A stretch of DNA of 64,000 nucleotides from positions 1,221-65,220 of the forward strand of contig JAUXAW010000002.1 in the NCBI GenBank assembly GCA_030619715.1. Reading direction: 5' to 3'. The notes under the pieces were generated by a model, which saw nothing but the letters and a program-made list of their open reading frames with translations, did not search any database and had not been told where the DNA came from. Of the stretch, positions 25,773 through 35,351 are shown one piece after another; position 1 is the first letter of the stretch, and each line of letters starts with the position of its first letter. The translations under genes and the position numbers were made by a program. Origin of the DNA: a candidate division WWE3 bacterium. Lineage in GTDB: Bacteria > Patescibacteriota > WWE3 > JAUXAW01.

Positions 25773-27545
25773 GTGGCTGACCAAATCCAAGAAATCAAGT
25801 CAAAGGTTGATATTGTCGACCTTGTTTCCGGCTATGTGCCGCTGAAGAAGGCCGGGAAGAATTACAAGGCCCTCTGTCCCTTCCACAAGGAGAAAACACC
25901 TTCGTTCATGGTCTCACCGGAATTGCAGATTTTCAAATGTTTTGGCTGCGGACGCGGTGGGGACATTTACGCTTTTCTTCAGGAAATTGAGGGAATGGAG
26001 TTTGGCGAAGCTCTAAGGATTTTGGCCGAAAGGACCGGTGTCAAGCTAGAGTCGCGTCGGCCCTCACCGCAGGAGGAAAAGCGCAAGCAGATTCTGGAAG
26101 TTAACAGTTTAACCAAAGAATACTTCGGCTATATTTTGACCAAACATCGGGTCGGGGAGCGGGCTCGAGATTACCTAAATAAGAGAGGGATAAAAAAAGA
26201 GACAATTGAGACTTTTGGCCTCGGTTACGCGCCGGATTCCTGGGAAAGTTTGGCCCAATTTTTACGAAGTAAAAACTACCCAATAACCGCACTTTTGGCC
26301 GCCGGTTTGGTCAGATTGCGGGAGCGAGATAAGACTCCTTATGATTTTTTTCGCGGACGGCTCATCTTTCCCTTCTTTGGCCATAACAAAAGGATTATCG
26401 GTTTTGCCGGTCGAACCTTAGGGGAAGATGAACCCAAATACATCAACATCGGCGAAACTCCCGCCTTCCGAAAAGGGTCGTTCTTGTATGGTTTAGAGCA
26501 GGCCAAGACGGAGATTAAGAAGCAAAATTCGGCCATTGTTGTCGAGGGGCCTTTTGATGTCATTTCCCCCTTTCAGTCCGGAACCCAGAACATCGTCGGT
26601 TCGCAGGGGACGGCATTGACCTTAGACCAGATCAAAATTCTCAAACGCTACACCCCGAATATTTCCCTCTGCTACGATACCGACCTGGCCGGTGATGCCG
26701 CGGCGAAGCGGGGAATTGATCTGGCCGAAGAAAGAGGATTAAACGTCAAAGTGATCACCCTGCCAAATGAGTACAAAGACCCCGACGAAATTGCCCAGAA
26801 AGACGCCGCTCTTTGGAAAGAAGTGGTTGACTCTGCCGTTTCCGTCTACGATTTCTTTTTTTCCTCGGCTTTCAAACGACACGATGTGGCCAAACCATTA
26901 GGTAAAAAGCAGATCGCCGCCGAGCTCTTGCCGATTATCAAGGCCATTCCCGACGAGATTGAGCGGGAGCATTATGTTCAGCGTCTAGCTTTAGAGCTGG
27001 AGGTTGATGAAGGAGTTGTCCGGTCGGCGATGGAAAAAACAGGGAGGAGAGAGGAGAGAGGAGAGAGGAGAGAGGAGAAGGAGGTTGAGGTTAAGGAGGA
27101 GAAGTTAGGGCTTGAAGAGTACGTGTTGGCTTTGGTTTTACACTCCCCTTTGGAGCTGGCGCAAAAGACGCTGCACAAGCTGGGTAAGGGCGATTTTGGA
27201 AACGAGACTACTTTAGGTCTTTTCGAAGAGCTAAAGAGCTACTTTTCCGGCCGTAAGAGGAAATTGGATATTAAAGCTCTTGGTGGTAAACTTGGGGGGA
27301 AGGGTAAGGATCTGTTAGGCAAGATTTACCTTTGGAACCTTGGAGAGCTTCCAGGTCAAGAGACAAAATTGGAAGAGGAAATTGAGGGAGCGTCGCGGTT
27401 ATTAAAGAAGCGTGGTCTCCAGCGGGAACTCAAAAATTTAAGTCTCAAGATTAAAGACGCGGAGCTGATGGGGGATAAGAGGACTTTAGAGTCAGCTCGA
27501 GAGGCCTTCCAAAAGGTTTCCCAACAGCTAGCAAAAATATCTTAA
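25773..27545 (+). CDS. dnaG: DNA primase DnaG
   Basis: CHC2 zinc finger CPFHKEKTPSF...CFGCGRGGD. TOPRIM motifs (VVEGPFDV, YDTDLAGDAAAKRG). GTG start. Contains a low-complexity (gagaggagagaggaga) run encoding RREERGERREEKE. Confidence 0.95.
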   Translation: MADQIQEIKSKVDIVDLVSGYVPLKKAGKNYKALCPFHKEKTPSFMVSPELQIFKCFGCGRGGDIYAFLQEIEGMEFGEALRILAERTGVKLESRRPSPQEEKRKQILEVNSLTKEYFGYILTKHRVGERARDYLNKRGIKKETIETFGLGYAPDSWESLAQFLRSKNYPITALLAAGLVRLRERDKTPYDFFRGRLIFPFFGHNKRIIGFAGRTLGEDEPKYINIGETPAFRKGSFLYGLEQAKTEIKKQNSAIVVEGPFDVISPFQSGTQNIVGSQGTALTLDQIKILKRYTPNISLCYDTDLAGDAAAKRGIDLAEERGLNVKVITLPNEYKDPDEIAQKDAALWKEVVDSAVSVYDFFFSSAFKRHDVAKPLGKKQIAAELLPIIKAIPDEIEREHYVQRLALELEVDEGVVRSAMEKTGRREERGERREEKEVEVKEEKLGLEEYVLALVLHSPLELAQKTLHKLGKGDFGNETTLGLFEELKSYFSGRKRKLDIKALGGKLGGKGKDLLGKIYLWNLGELPGQETKLEEEIEGASRLLKKRGLQRELKNLSLKIKDAELMGDKRTLESAREAFQKVSQQLAKIS

Positions 27546-27551
27546 GTAAAG

Positions 27552-28619
<1,068 letters not shown>

Positions 28620-28776
28620 CTCTCCCCAAGTTAGGAAGTTAGGTGATGCCTATTCTGTTTCTGTGGTTTTGCGTCAAATACTTCAGCGCTATGTAGTGCT
28701 AAATAATTCGTCAATTTTTACACCGAATGTTGCCGGTTGCTTTTGGTTCCTTTTTATGATATAAAAGAAAATGCGT

Positions 28777-28819
28777 TCCGCGGTAGCTCTCCGCCAGCTG
28801 GCGGAGGTAGAGCGAAGGC
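28777..28819 (+). pseudogene. partial duplicate of the tRNA-Asn 5' half (acceptor-D-anticodon stem) carrying a 16-nt palindromic insertion in the D-loop
   Basis: tccgcggtagctc[tccgccagctggcgga]ggtagagcgaaggc(atgtt) versus the genuine tRNA-Asn tccggggtagctc[aat]ggtagagcgaaggc(ctgtt) at 29062. The GIY-YIG start codon sits where the anticodon loop would be. Confidence 0.6.
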
Positions 28820-29071
28820 ATGTTCGAAGTGTACGCTATTTACAATAGAAAGAATGACAAGATATACATAGGGCAAACAAGGGATTTGGAGGCGAGGTTA
28901 AAGGCTCATAATGATGGGAGATTTACTAACTCTTATACGGCGAGGTTTGACGGCGGGTGGGAATTAATTTATAGTGAGCCAAGCCGGACCCACGCCCAAG
29001 CTTTAAGGAGGGAGAAGCAATTGAAGAGTTATAGAGGTAGGGAGTTTATTAAGCAACACATTCCGGGGTAG
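28820..29071 (+). CDS. GIY-YIG nuclease family protein (small stand-alone URI domain)
   Basis: MFEVYAIYNRKNDKIYIGQTRDLEARLKAHN (GIY...YIG...R..H/N). 83 aa. Stop codon overlaps the first bases of tRNA-Asn. Confidence 0.85.
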   Translation: MFEVYAIYNRKNDKIYIGQTRDLEARLKAHNDGRFTNSYTARFDGGWELIYSEPSRTHAQALRREKQLKSYRGREFIKQHIPG

Positions 29072-29136
29072 CTCAATGGTAGAGCGAAGGCCTGTTAAGC
29101 CTGCGGTTGAGAGTTCGAATCTCTCCCCCGGAGCCA
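29062..29136 (+). tRNA. tRNA-Asn (anticodon GTT)
   Basis: Acceptor tccgggg/ccccgga, loop ctGTTaa, T-arm gagagttcgaatctctc, CCA encoded. Short D-loop. Confidence 0.85.
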
Positions 29137-29190
29137 AACCCTTTAGAATGGCGTGATTACGCCATTTTCTTGTTTTGTGATAAGATTGAT
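29130..29190 (+). repeat. junction site F0: tRNA-Asn 3' end GGAGCCA core plus aaccctttaRaatggcgtRRYtacgccRttttcttgttttgtg arm; also at 33289-33345 and 34475-34540
   Basis: Three copies read directly. Arm contains hairpin ggcgt..acgcc plus T-run (terminator-like). Followed within 15-25 nt by a gene start in two of the three copies. Confidence 0.6.
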
Positions 29191-29193
29191 GCA

Positions 29194-29946
29194 ATGGGGT
29201 TCAAGCTATTGATCTTCGATCTTGACGGAACGGCTGTGCCTAACAAACCGGACGGGCTGCCTTCTGAGGCGGTTATCGGTGCGGTGGAGAAGGCAAAGAA
29301 ATTTGTTGAGGTCAGTGTAGCAACAGGTAGAGCTATTACCATGGCCCGACCGATCCTTAAAAAGTTCAACCTAACCTCTCCGTGCATCATCTCTGGTGGA
29401 ACACAAATCATCAATCCACAAACAGAAGAAACATTGTGGGAGAAAAGATTATCAAAGCATCAGGTTGAGAGAATAATCCAAGTTTGCTTTCCGTACCATT
29501 ACGAAATTCTGTTTGCGGAAGAGACCAACGGTTCTTCAGCAAAAGAAAAAAACGTCGTGGGGTCAGAGAGAATCGTGTATATCATGAACGTTGAAGAGGG
29601 GGATGATCATAAGATGCTAAGGGAATTAGATGAGCTAGATGAGGTGGCAGCCTACGGAGTTAAATCTTGGACTAAGGGTTGTACCGATATCCATGCTACT
29701 CACAAACAAGCCACAAAGAAGTACGCCATGAAGACTTTGTTAGAAATGATTGGGGTGGACAAAGAGGCAGTACTTTGTGTGGGTGATAGTACTAACGATT
29801 TACCGCTCTTTGAAACATCCGGCTTTAAGGTGGCAATGGGGAACGCGTCCGAAGAGATCAAGCAGCTTGCCGATTACATCGCCCCTTCAGTAGAAGAAGA
29901 TGGGATGGTGGAGGTTATAAATAAACTCATCGTCTCGAAGCGGTAG
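29194..29946 (+). CDS. HAD-superfamily hydrolase (Cof-like)
   Basis: MGFKLLIFDLDGTAV (DxDGT motif I). Later VGDSTNDLPLF (motif IV). Confidence 0.8.
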   Translation: MGFKLLIFDLDGTAVPNKPDGLPSEAVIGAVEKAKKFVEVSVATGRAITMARPILKKFNLTSPCIISGGTQIINPQTEETLWEKRLSKHQVERIIQVCFPYHYEILFAEETNGSSAKEKNVVGSERIVYIMNVEEGDDHKMLRELDELDEVAAYGVKSWTKGCTDIHATHKQATKKYAMKTLLEMIGVDKEAVLCVGDSTNDLPLFETSGFKVAMGNASEEIKQLADYIAPSVEEDGMVEVINKLIVSKR

Positions 29947-30122
29947 CTAGTTCCAGCTCCATCCCCTACACAAATCTTGCCAAAGCGGGTACCGATGTTC
30001 TATCTTTGACAAAATAGGTTCGAAGTTCCGCCTCGGTTTCGCCCACGGCGGGACGGATTGTACGACCGGGGCCACCCCCTTCGCCAAGGCTTCGGAGGGC
30101 AAGCCCCTCCCGTCACATATTG

Positions 30123-30150
30123 CCACCCCCACCCCAAAATCTGATACAAT
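30123..30150 (+). promoter_or_regulatory. cassette promoter module Mp (ccacccccaccccaaaatcTGataCAAT), partial copy
   Basis: Extended -10-like TGATACAAT lies 10 nt before the SDR start. Same module at 32407-32470 and 39402-39465. Confidence 0.5.
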
Positions 30151-30159
30151 AATCGTACG

Positions 30160-30900
30160 ATGGCAAAAACAGCTTTAGTTACTGGTGTTTCTCGAGGAAT
30201 TGGTCGAGCAATTGCTAAAAAATTAGCGAGTGAAGGCTATTTTATTCATGGAACTTACAATACTGGCAAAAAGGAAGCTGAGGAGTTAAAAAAGGAAATT
30301 AAAAATATCGAGATTTACCAAGCTAACTTCAGACATAGAAAACAAACCCAGCAGTTGGTAGAAAAACTAAAGGAGATTAAATTTGACGCTTTGGTTAACA
30401 ATGCAGGGGTTTTCCAACTTGAAGATTTTGATAATTATGATTTTGAGATTTGGGATAGTACCTTTGAGATAAATCTTAATGCTATTTTAGTTATTTGTTT
30501 AGGATTGAAAGATAACATTAGAAAGGGTGGGGCGATTGTTAACATTACAAGCACAGATGGGATGACCGGCTCCTTTGGGGGAATGGCATATTCAGCGAGT
30601 AAAGCAGCATTGATAAACCTGACAAAGAGTTTGGGTAACAATTTTGGACCAAAAGGTATTAGGGTTAACGCAATAGCTCCGGGGTGGGTCAATACCGATA
30701 TGGACACTGAGGTTGTAGGTGATGCTCCCGGCCTAACTCCCTTAGGAAGAAATGCTAAGCCGGAAGAAATTGCGAACGTTGTAAGTTTTTTGCTTTCCGA
30801 TGGGGCTAGTTTTGCCAACGGCGCCACTTTCGTTATTGACGGAGGTTATACCAACGTTGACCCCATTATGAAGAAGGAGGCGGAATTGGAGAAAAAATGA
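30160..30900 (+). CDS. short-chain dehydrogenase/reductase (SDR)
   Basis: TGVSRGIGRAIA (TGxxxGIG). YSASKAA (YxxxK). 246 aa. Confidence 0.85.
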   Translation: MAKTALVTGVSRGIGRAIAKKLASEGYFIHGTYNTGKKEAEELKKEIKNIEIYQANFRHRKQTQQLVEKLKEIKFDALVNNAGVFQLEDFDNYDFEIWDSTFEINLNAILVICLGLKDNIRKGGAIVNITSTDGMTGSFGGMAYSASKAALINLTKSLGNNFGPKGIRVNAIAPGWVNTDMDTEVVGDAPGLTPLGRNAKPEEIANVVSFLLSDGASFANGATFVIDGGYTNVDPIMKKEAELEKK

Positions 30901-31865
30901 AGATTACTGTTTTGTGCCCCAAATTAGAATTTACCAAAGCTCAACAGGAAAGATTAGCGAAGCTCGGTGAGGTTGTTTATACCGACAGCAGGCAAGAGTA
31001 TCCAACGGAAGAACTTATTAAATTAGCCAAAGGCTCCGAGATTTTAGGTGCAGACCCGGACAATTTAGGCGGCTTTGAGAAAGCTAAGCCAGAATTGACC
31101 AAACTAATGGAAAGCCTACCTAAGCTTCAGGGAGTGGCTCTAGCTTCAAGCTCATTTGAATGGATTGATTTAGCTTATTGTCGAAAAAGGAGAGTCGTAG
31201 TAACGAGTGTTCCCCACTACTCAACGGAGTCAGTTGCTGAACACGCTTTAGGACTAATGATTTGTTTAGCGAAAAACATTATTATCAATGATCGAAAATT
31301 TTGGTCAGGCGAGGAGAGTAAGTTTGGTTCGGGCCCTGGTTTTGAGTTGAAGGGAAAAACGCTGGGAGTGATTGTTCTAGGGAACATTTGAAGTCGAATA
31401 GCTGAACTGGGTCAAGCAATAGGTATGAGGGTTATCGCGTATAATCGGACCCCAAAAAGACAGAAGGGAGTTGAGATGAAATCTCTAGATAAAGTTTTGT
31501 CAGAATCTGATGTGCTTTCAGTTAACCTTGCCTGTAACAAAGAAACCTATCGCTTTATTTCAGAACAACAGATTAGAAAAATGAAAAAAGGAGTGGTTAT
31601 TGTTAATCTAGTCGGTCCTGTTACACCAGATAGAGAAGTGGTTGACAAAAAAGCCATGGCCAGAGCTCTTGGGGCGGGTATAGTAGCGGCCTATGCTTAT
31701 GAGGCCGAGGATCTGACAAATAATCCGCTGTCTAAGATTGAGAATGCGATTGGTCTAAAAGGTTTTGCGTGGTACACAAAAGACGCTTTAGAACGGGCAA
31801 AAGAAATTTGGACTGACAGCATTATTTCGATTGCCAAAGGAAGTCCCATCAACGCAGTAAGCTAG
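30897..31865 (+). pseudogene. D-isomer-specific 2-hydroxyacid dehydrogenase interrupted by a single in-frame TGA (31389-31391) at the first Gly of the NAD-binding GxGxxG motif
   Basis: ORFs 30897-31391 and 31425-31865 are in the same frame. Read-through gives ...GKTLGVIVLGNI[TGA]SRIAELGQAIGMRVIAYN..., i.e. G-N-I-[G]-S-R-I. The paralog at 35521-36420 has IVGKGSIGTKIA. Confidence 0.6.
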
Positions 31866-31873
31866 GCTGTAGT

Positions 31874-31910
31874 CATACAGGCGTTCCGAACATCGTTTGC
31901 GATTCGGAAG
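31874..31910 (+). repeat. junction site C (degenerate): catacaggcgttccgaacatcgtttgcgattcggaag
   Basis: Aligns with site A at 32319-32356 (catacaggcgttccagacatcatttgcgatgcggagcca). Confidence 0.45.
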
Positions 31911-32038
31911 TCTTATTCGCTACCGCAGATGAGATGATTGTAGAAAGCGCAAGGTAATTATTTTAGTTTGCGCTATTTGTAAGCTTGATTTTTAAATGTG
32001 TTATTGTTATTAAAGTAATGAGAAGGAGGTGATAAATA

Positions 32039-32155
32039 GTGGCAAAAACAAAAACTTCTACCTACGGTAAAAAGAAGCAGAAAATTGTACCGGTTCGCCG
32101 TTACAAAAGAGGTGGTAAGTGGGTTAGAGGGCATAGACGCTCTACACCAAATTAA
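32039..32155 (+). CDS. candidate 38-aa highly basic protein (VAKTKTSTYGKKKQKIVPVRRYKRGGKWVRGHRRSTPN)
   Basis: GTG start 9 nt downstream of a strong SD (agaaggaggtg). Below the ORF-track cutoff. Lies in a cassette junction region. Confidence 0.35.
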   Translation: MAKTKTSTYGKKKQKIVPVRRYKRGGKWVRGHRRSTPN

Positions 32156-32273
32156 TAATAAATGCTTATTTTTGAAAAAGACATGGAGATTTTATGCAAT
32201 ATAAAGATTTTAAAATTGTGAAGTGGACTAATGGATTTCAGTTAGCTCCAGGGAGCTGAGGCGGTCTTCTATT

Positions 32274-32360
32274 GGAACTGGATCCAAATTTGGAAATCTG
32301 ATATAGTCTTCCGTGGATATACAGGCGTTCCAGACATCATTTGCGATGCGGAGCCATCCT
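32274..32360 (+). repeat. junction site A: X-type left arm (gaactggatccaaatttggaaatctgatatagtc...) + gatgcGGAGCCA core + tccttcttcgcc right arm
   Basis: Left arm is about 85% identical to 37666-37731. Core at 32350-32356. Confidence 0.6.
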
Positions 32361-32378
32361 TCTTCGCCAAAGATTTGT

Positions 32379-32404
32379 GCGGCCTTCGGGCCGCTTTGTT
32401 TTTG
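32379..32404 (+). terminator. cassette terminator module Mt (gcggccttcgggccgc + tttgttttt)
   Basis: Perfect 6-bp GC stem, 4-nt loop, T-run. Near-identical copies at 36476-36502, 37758-37786, 41425-41451. Confidence 0.7.
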
Positions 32405-32406
32405 CT

Positions 32407-32470
32407 GCGGAGACCCCACCCCCACCCCAAAATCTGATACAATGACCACACGCGGAGGCGAGGAAAAATG
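32407..32470 (+). promoter_or_regulatory. cassette promoter/5'UTR/start module Mp (gcggagaccccacccccaccccaaaatcTGataCAATgaccacacgcggaggcgaggaaaaATG)
   Basis: 62/64 identical to 39402-39465, which supplies the ALDH start codon. Here the module ATG opens only a 13-codon uORF (MSDEKYLKLGIKT) before the nitrilase ATG. Confidence 0.55.
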
Positions 32471-32512
32471 AGTGATGAAAAATATCTTAAACTTGGCATC
32501 AAGACTTGAAAG

Positions 32513-33265
32513 ATGGATAAATTTAGAGTAGCAGCGATTAATGCTGACCCCGCTAAGCCGACAGAGAGTTATCTTAGGAAGGTAAAAAGCCTAGATTGCA
32601 AATTAATTTGCTTCCCTGCTTACTATCGGAGAAATGAAAATTTGCCTGAAATGACTCGACTGGCTAAGGCTTATAAAACCTACATTCTGGCCGGTATTGA
32701 TGAGGTAAATAGCCGGAGCGGTTATAAAAGTGTCTTTCTTTTCTTCCCAGATGGGAAGAAAAGGAGACTTCATCGAAAAACAATTCTTGCCAATTTCGAG
32801 AAAAAAGATGGGTTTAGAGAAGGGAAAAGTATCAAAGTTTTTGCGTCGCCTTTTGGTAAAATCGGTGTTTCCATTTGTCTTGAGAGTTGGTATCCAGAAA
32901 CCCCGCGGATCCTGGCTTTAAAAGGAGCAGAGATCATTTTTGCCCCTGCCGGATTTGGAATGAAGAAGGGCCTGAAGTTTGACTTTTATGACAATTGGCG
33001 GGATATGCTCAAAATTAGGGCGATCGAGAATCTAGCCTACGTCATTTGTTGCACCAATGCGGTTGGTGAGAAGCCATTGGGGGTAATTATTAATCCAGAG
33101 GGCCGGATTTTGGCCGAAAGGATGGGCGAGGGGATTGTTACTACCACAATTAGCCTTAAGTGGGTAAGAAAAATGAAGACAGGCGATTATGAGGAGAGAA
33201 TCGCCGCCAAGATTCGTTTGGAGAAGAGACAACCTGGGTTGTATAGAGATCTAATTAGGAAGTAG
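32513..33265 (+). CDS. carbon-nitrogen hydrolase (nitrilase superfamily)
   Basis: E-K-C triad context: ...RKTIL..FEK... and GVSICLESWYPE (catalytic Cys in the C-[EW] motif). 250 aa. Confidence 0.75.
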   Translation: MDKFRVAAINADPAKPTESYLRKVKSLDCKLICFPAYYRRNENLPEMTRLAKAYKTYILAGIDEVNSRSGYKSVFLFFPDGKKRRLHRKTILANFEKKDGFREGKSIKVFASPFGKIGVSICLESWYPETPRILALKGAEIIFAPAGFGMKKGLKFDFYDNWRDMLKIRAIENLAYVICCTNAVGEKPLGVIINPEGRILAERMGEGIVTTTISLKWVRKMKTGDYEERIAAKIRLEKRQPGLYRDLIRK

Positions 33266-33288
33266 CTCTCAACTAATAATTTCAGGAT

Positions 33289-33345
33289 TGGAGAGCCAAA
33301 CCCTTTAAAACGGCGTAACTACGCCGTTTTCTTGTTTTGTGGTAA
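33289..33345 (+). repeat. junction site F1: ggaGAGCCA core + tRNA-Asn-downstream-type right arm
   Basis: gagccaaaccctttaaaacggcgtaactacgccgttttcttgttttgtggtaaaattggtct precedes the MBL gene start. Confidence 0.6.
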
Positions 33346-33354
33346 AATTGGTCT

Positions 33355-33939
33355 ATGGCAAAAGTTAAAGTTCTGATCGAGGGTTACGCAAAAGAAATCA
33401 AGGGCGGGTGGTTGGCTAGTTCAACCACGACTCTCATTCGGGATCGGGGTTTAAACATCGTCGTCGATCCGGGTAAGAACAGGTCACTTCTACTCCAGAA
33501 ATTCAAAGAAGAAAACCTCAGACCCGAAGACACCGACTTTGTCTTAGTGACACACACCCACCTCGACCACAGTTATCTACTAGGTATTTTTCCTAACGCC
33601 AGGGCCTTAGATGATGAGGTCGTTTACGATCAGGACAAAGAAGGCGAGCATGGCGGAACCATTCCCGGAACGGCTATTAAAATTATCTCTACTCCCGGCC
33701 ACGACCAGTTTCACAGCTCGCTCGTCGTTCCGACCGAAAAGGGAACTGTGGTTGTTGCTGGCGATGTCTTTTGGTGGGCGGACAACGAGGAGCAAAAGAC
33801 AGACGAAACGAGTTTATTAGAACGCAAAGACCCATTCGTCAAAGACGAGAAGGCTCTGCTTGAGAGTCGTAAAGAGGTTTTGAAAATCGCCGATTGGATT
33901 ATTCCAGGACACGGGAAGATGTTTAAGGTGGAAAAATGA
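33355..33939 (+). CDS. MBL-fold metallo-hydrolase
   Basis: VTHTHLDH (HxHxDH motif). Later GHDQFH, HG. 194 aa. Confidence 0.8.
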   Translation: MAKVKVLIEGYAKEIKGGWLASSTTTLIRDRGLNIVVDPGKNRSLLLQKFKEENLRPEDTDFVLVTHTHLDHSYLLGIFPNARALDDEVVYDQDKEGEHGGTIPGTAIKIISTPGHDQFHSSLVVPTEKGTVVVAGDVFWWADNEEQKTDETSLLERKDPFVKDEKALLESRKEVLKIADWIIPGHGKMFKVEK

Positions 33940-34415
33940 AATTAACAGCTAAACAAATCGAGCTCTTGAAAGAACTAATGATTAACTCTGCAAAGAAGGG
34001 AAATCTTGCCAATTCTGCTATGGTCCTGGAGAACGGCAAGCTGGTAGCTTCGGCCGAGAGTCTGGTTGTTTCAAATCACGATGCGACCGCCCATTCAGAG
34101 AGGATGTTGGTTGAGGAAGTATGCAAAAGGAAAAAGGAAAACTATACCCCGGGTTTAACCATGGTCACAGTTGCTGAGCCTTGCCTGATGTGTATGAGTG
34201 CCTGTGCCTGGGCCGGTTACAAAGAGGTTGCCTATATCATTCCAGCCGAGAAGTACATAGATAAGATTCCGTGGATGGCCGAGACCAAGGGACTCGACAA
34301 ACAGAAAATAGCCAACTCTTTTAGTGAGCCAATTAAGCTAACACACCTGAATCAATACGAAGATGAGTTTAGCGAGATATTTGAACAGGAAATGAAAGGG
34401 CTGTTAGAAGGCTAG
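33936..34415 (+). CDS. CMP/dCMP-type zinc deaminase (nucleoside/tRNA-adenosine deaminase-like)
   Basis: HSERMLVEE (H[AC]E motif). EPCLMCMSAC (PCxxC motif). ATGA overlap with the upstream gene. Confidence 0.7.
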   Translation: MKLTAKQIELLKELMINSAKKGNLANSAMVLENGKLVASAESLVVSNHDATAHSERMLVEEVCKRKKENYTPGLTMVTVAEPCLMCMSACAWAGYKEVAYIIPAEKYIDKIPWMAETKGLDKQKIANSFSEPIKLTHLNQYEDEFSEIFEQEMKGLLEG

Positions 34416-34450
34416 CATCGGCACTACCGCCGAACAAATCTCCTGAAAGT

Positions 34451-34540
34451 AGGTTCCGACGTGTTCAACCACGTGGAGCCAAACCCTTTAAAATGGCGTA
34501 ACTACGCCATTTTCTTGTTTTGTGGTAGAATTGGTCCTGT
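34451..34540 (+). repeat. junction site F2: Y-type left arm (aggttccgacgtgttcaaccacgt) + GGAGCCA core + tRNA-Asn-downstream-type right arm
   Basis: Left arm matches site E (41385-41399). Right arm matches F0/F1. Core at 34475-34481. Confidence 0.6.
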
Positions 34541-34709
34541 AGGTAAAAAACTAGTGGTAAGGTTGATTGTTGCAAGCGATTACGACCTTGACCTGGCATT
34601 ACTTAAAGTTCCTAAGGGAGTAGAGTTGGAATTTTATAAATTATAAAGTAACCATAATTCTATGGTTTATTCGTCAAAATTGTTTCTTAACAGATAAGAA
34701 TAATCAAAA

Positions 34710-35351
34710 ATGGCATTCAAAAGAAACATGAACCAGGAGGAAATGATTAGTTTTATTGATAATGAATTATTTCCTCAAATTAAGAAAGAGATTAAAAATT
34801 GGATTTATCCAAAAAAACAGACTGGTGGATATTTTGCAGTAACCAGGCAAATATTTTGCATGGTTGATTTCTTGGGTGCGGTGTATGCGGGATACCCTTT
34901 AGTGGAAAAGAGAAATGACGAAAGAGGAGAGAAAATTGCTACATCTAAAAAAGCCATAAAGTTCATTACTACGTTTTTTGAGCCGGAAGAAACCTATCAG
35001 CAGGATATTGTAACTAAACTATATAAAATGTACCGCCATGGACTTGTGCATCTCTACCAACCCAAGATTCTAAAATTGGGCTCTAGAAAAAGACTGAAGT
35101 GGTTTTTTTACAGGGGCGCAAGACACAAAGAAGAAATAAAAATAGGGGAAATAGTATTCAAAGATATTAATCATCTTCAGATATACATCGATGAAAATAA
35201 CAGAAAGCACAGCTATCTTGTTATTAGTATTGATTGTCTTTATAAGGACTTTGAAGAGGCAATCAAGCGATATAGGTACAAGTTAGCAAATACAAAGTGT
35301 TTACAAAGAAACTGGCGTACGGCTGTTAATGCTATCTGTAAGCCCCGATGA
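34710..35351 (+). CDS. hypothetical protein in AT-rich (about 37% GC) segment; contains Rx4H (RHGLVH) HEPN-like motif
   Basis: 213-aa ORF. Composition is distinct from neighbours. The motif is the only hint of function. Confidence 0.5.
   Translation: MAFKRNMNQEEMISFIDNELFPQIKKEIKNWIYPKKQTGGYFAVTRQIFCMVDFLGAVYAGYPLVEKRNDERGEKIATSKKAIKFITTFFEPEETYQQDIVTKLYKMYRHGLVHLYQPKILKLGSRKRLKWFFYRGARHKEEIKIGEIVFKDINHLQIYIDENNRKHSYLVISIDCLYKDFEEAIKRYRYKLANTKCLQRNWRTAVNAICKPR

Noticed and set aside
27040-27090. Tandem gagaggagagaggaga repeat
   Set aside because: Lies in frame inside dnaG and encodes a low-complexity RREERGERREEKE linker. Not a CRISPR or intergenic repeat.
30897-31865. Genome-wide UGA=Gly recoding (translation table 25)
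   Set aside because: Core genes (smpB, rpoD, dnaG, comF) are full-length under the standard code and smpB terminates with TGA. Only this single cassette gene shows the pattern, so recoding of the whole genome is rejected; foreign origin or a nonsense mutation remain.
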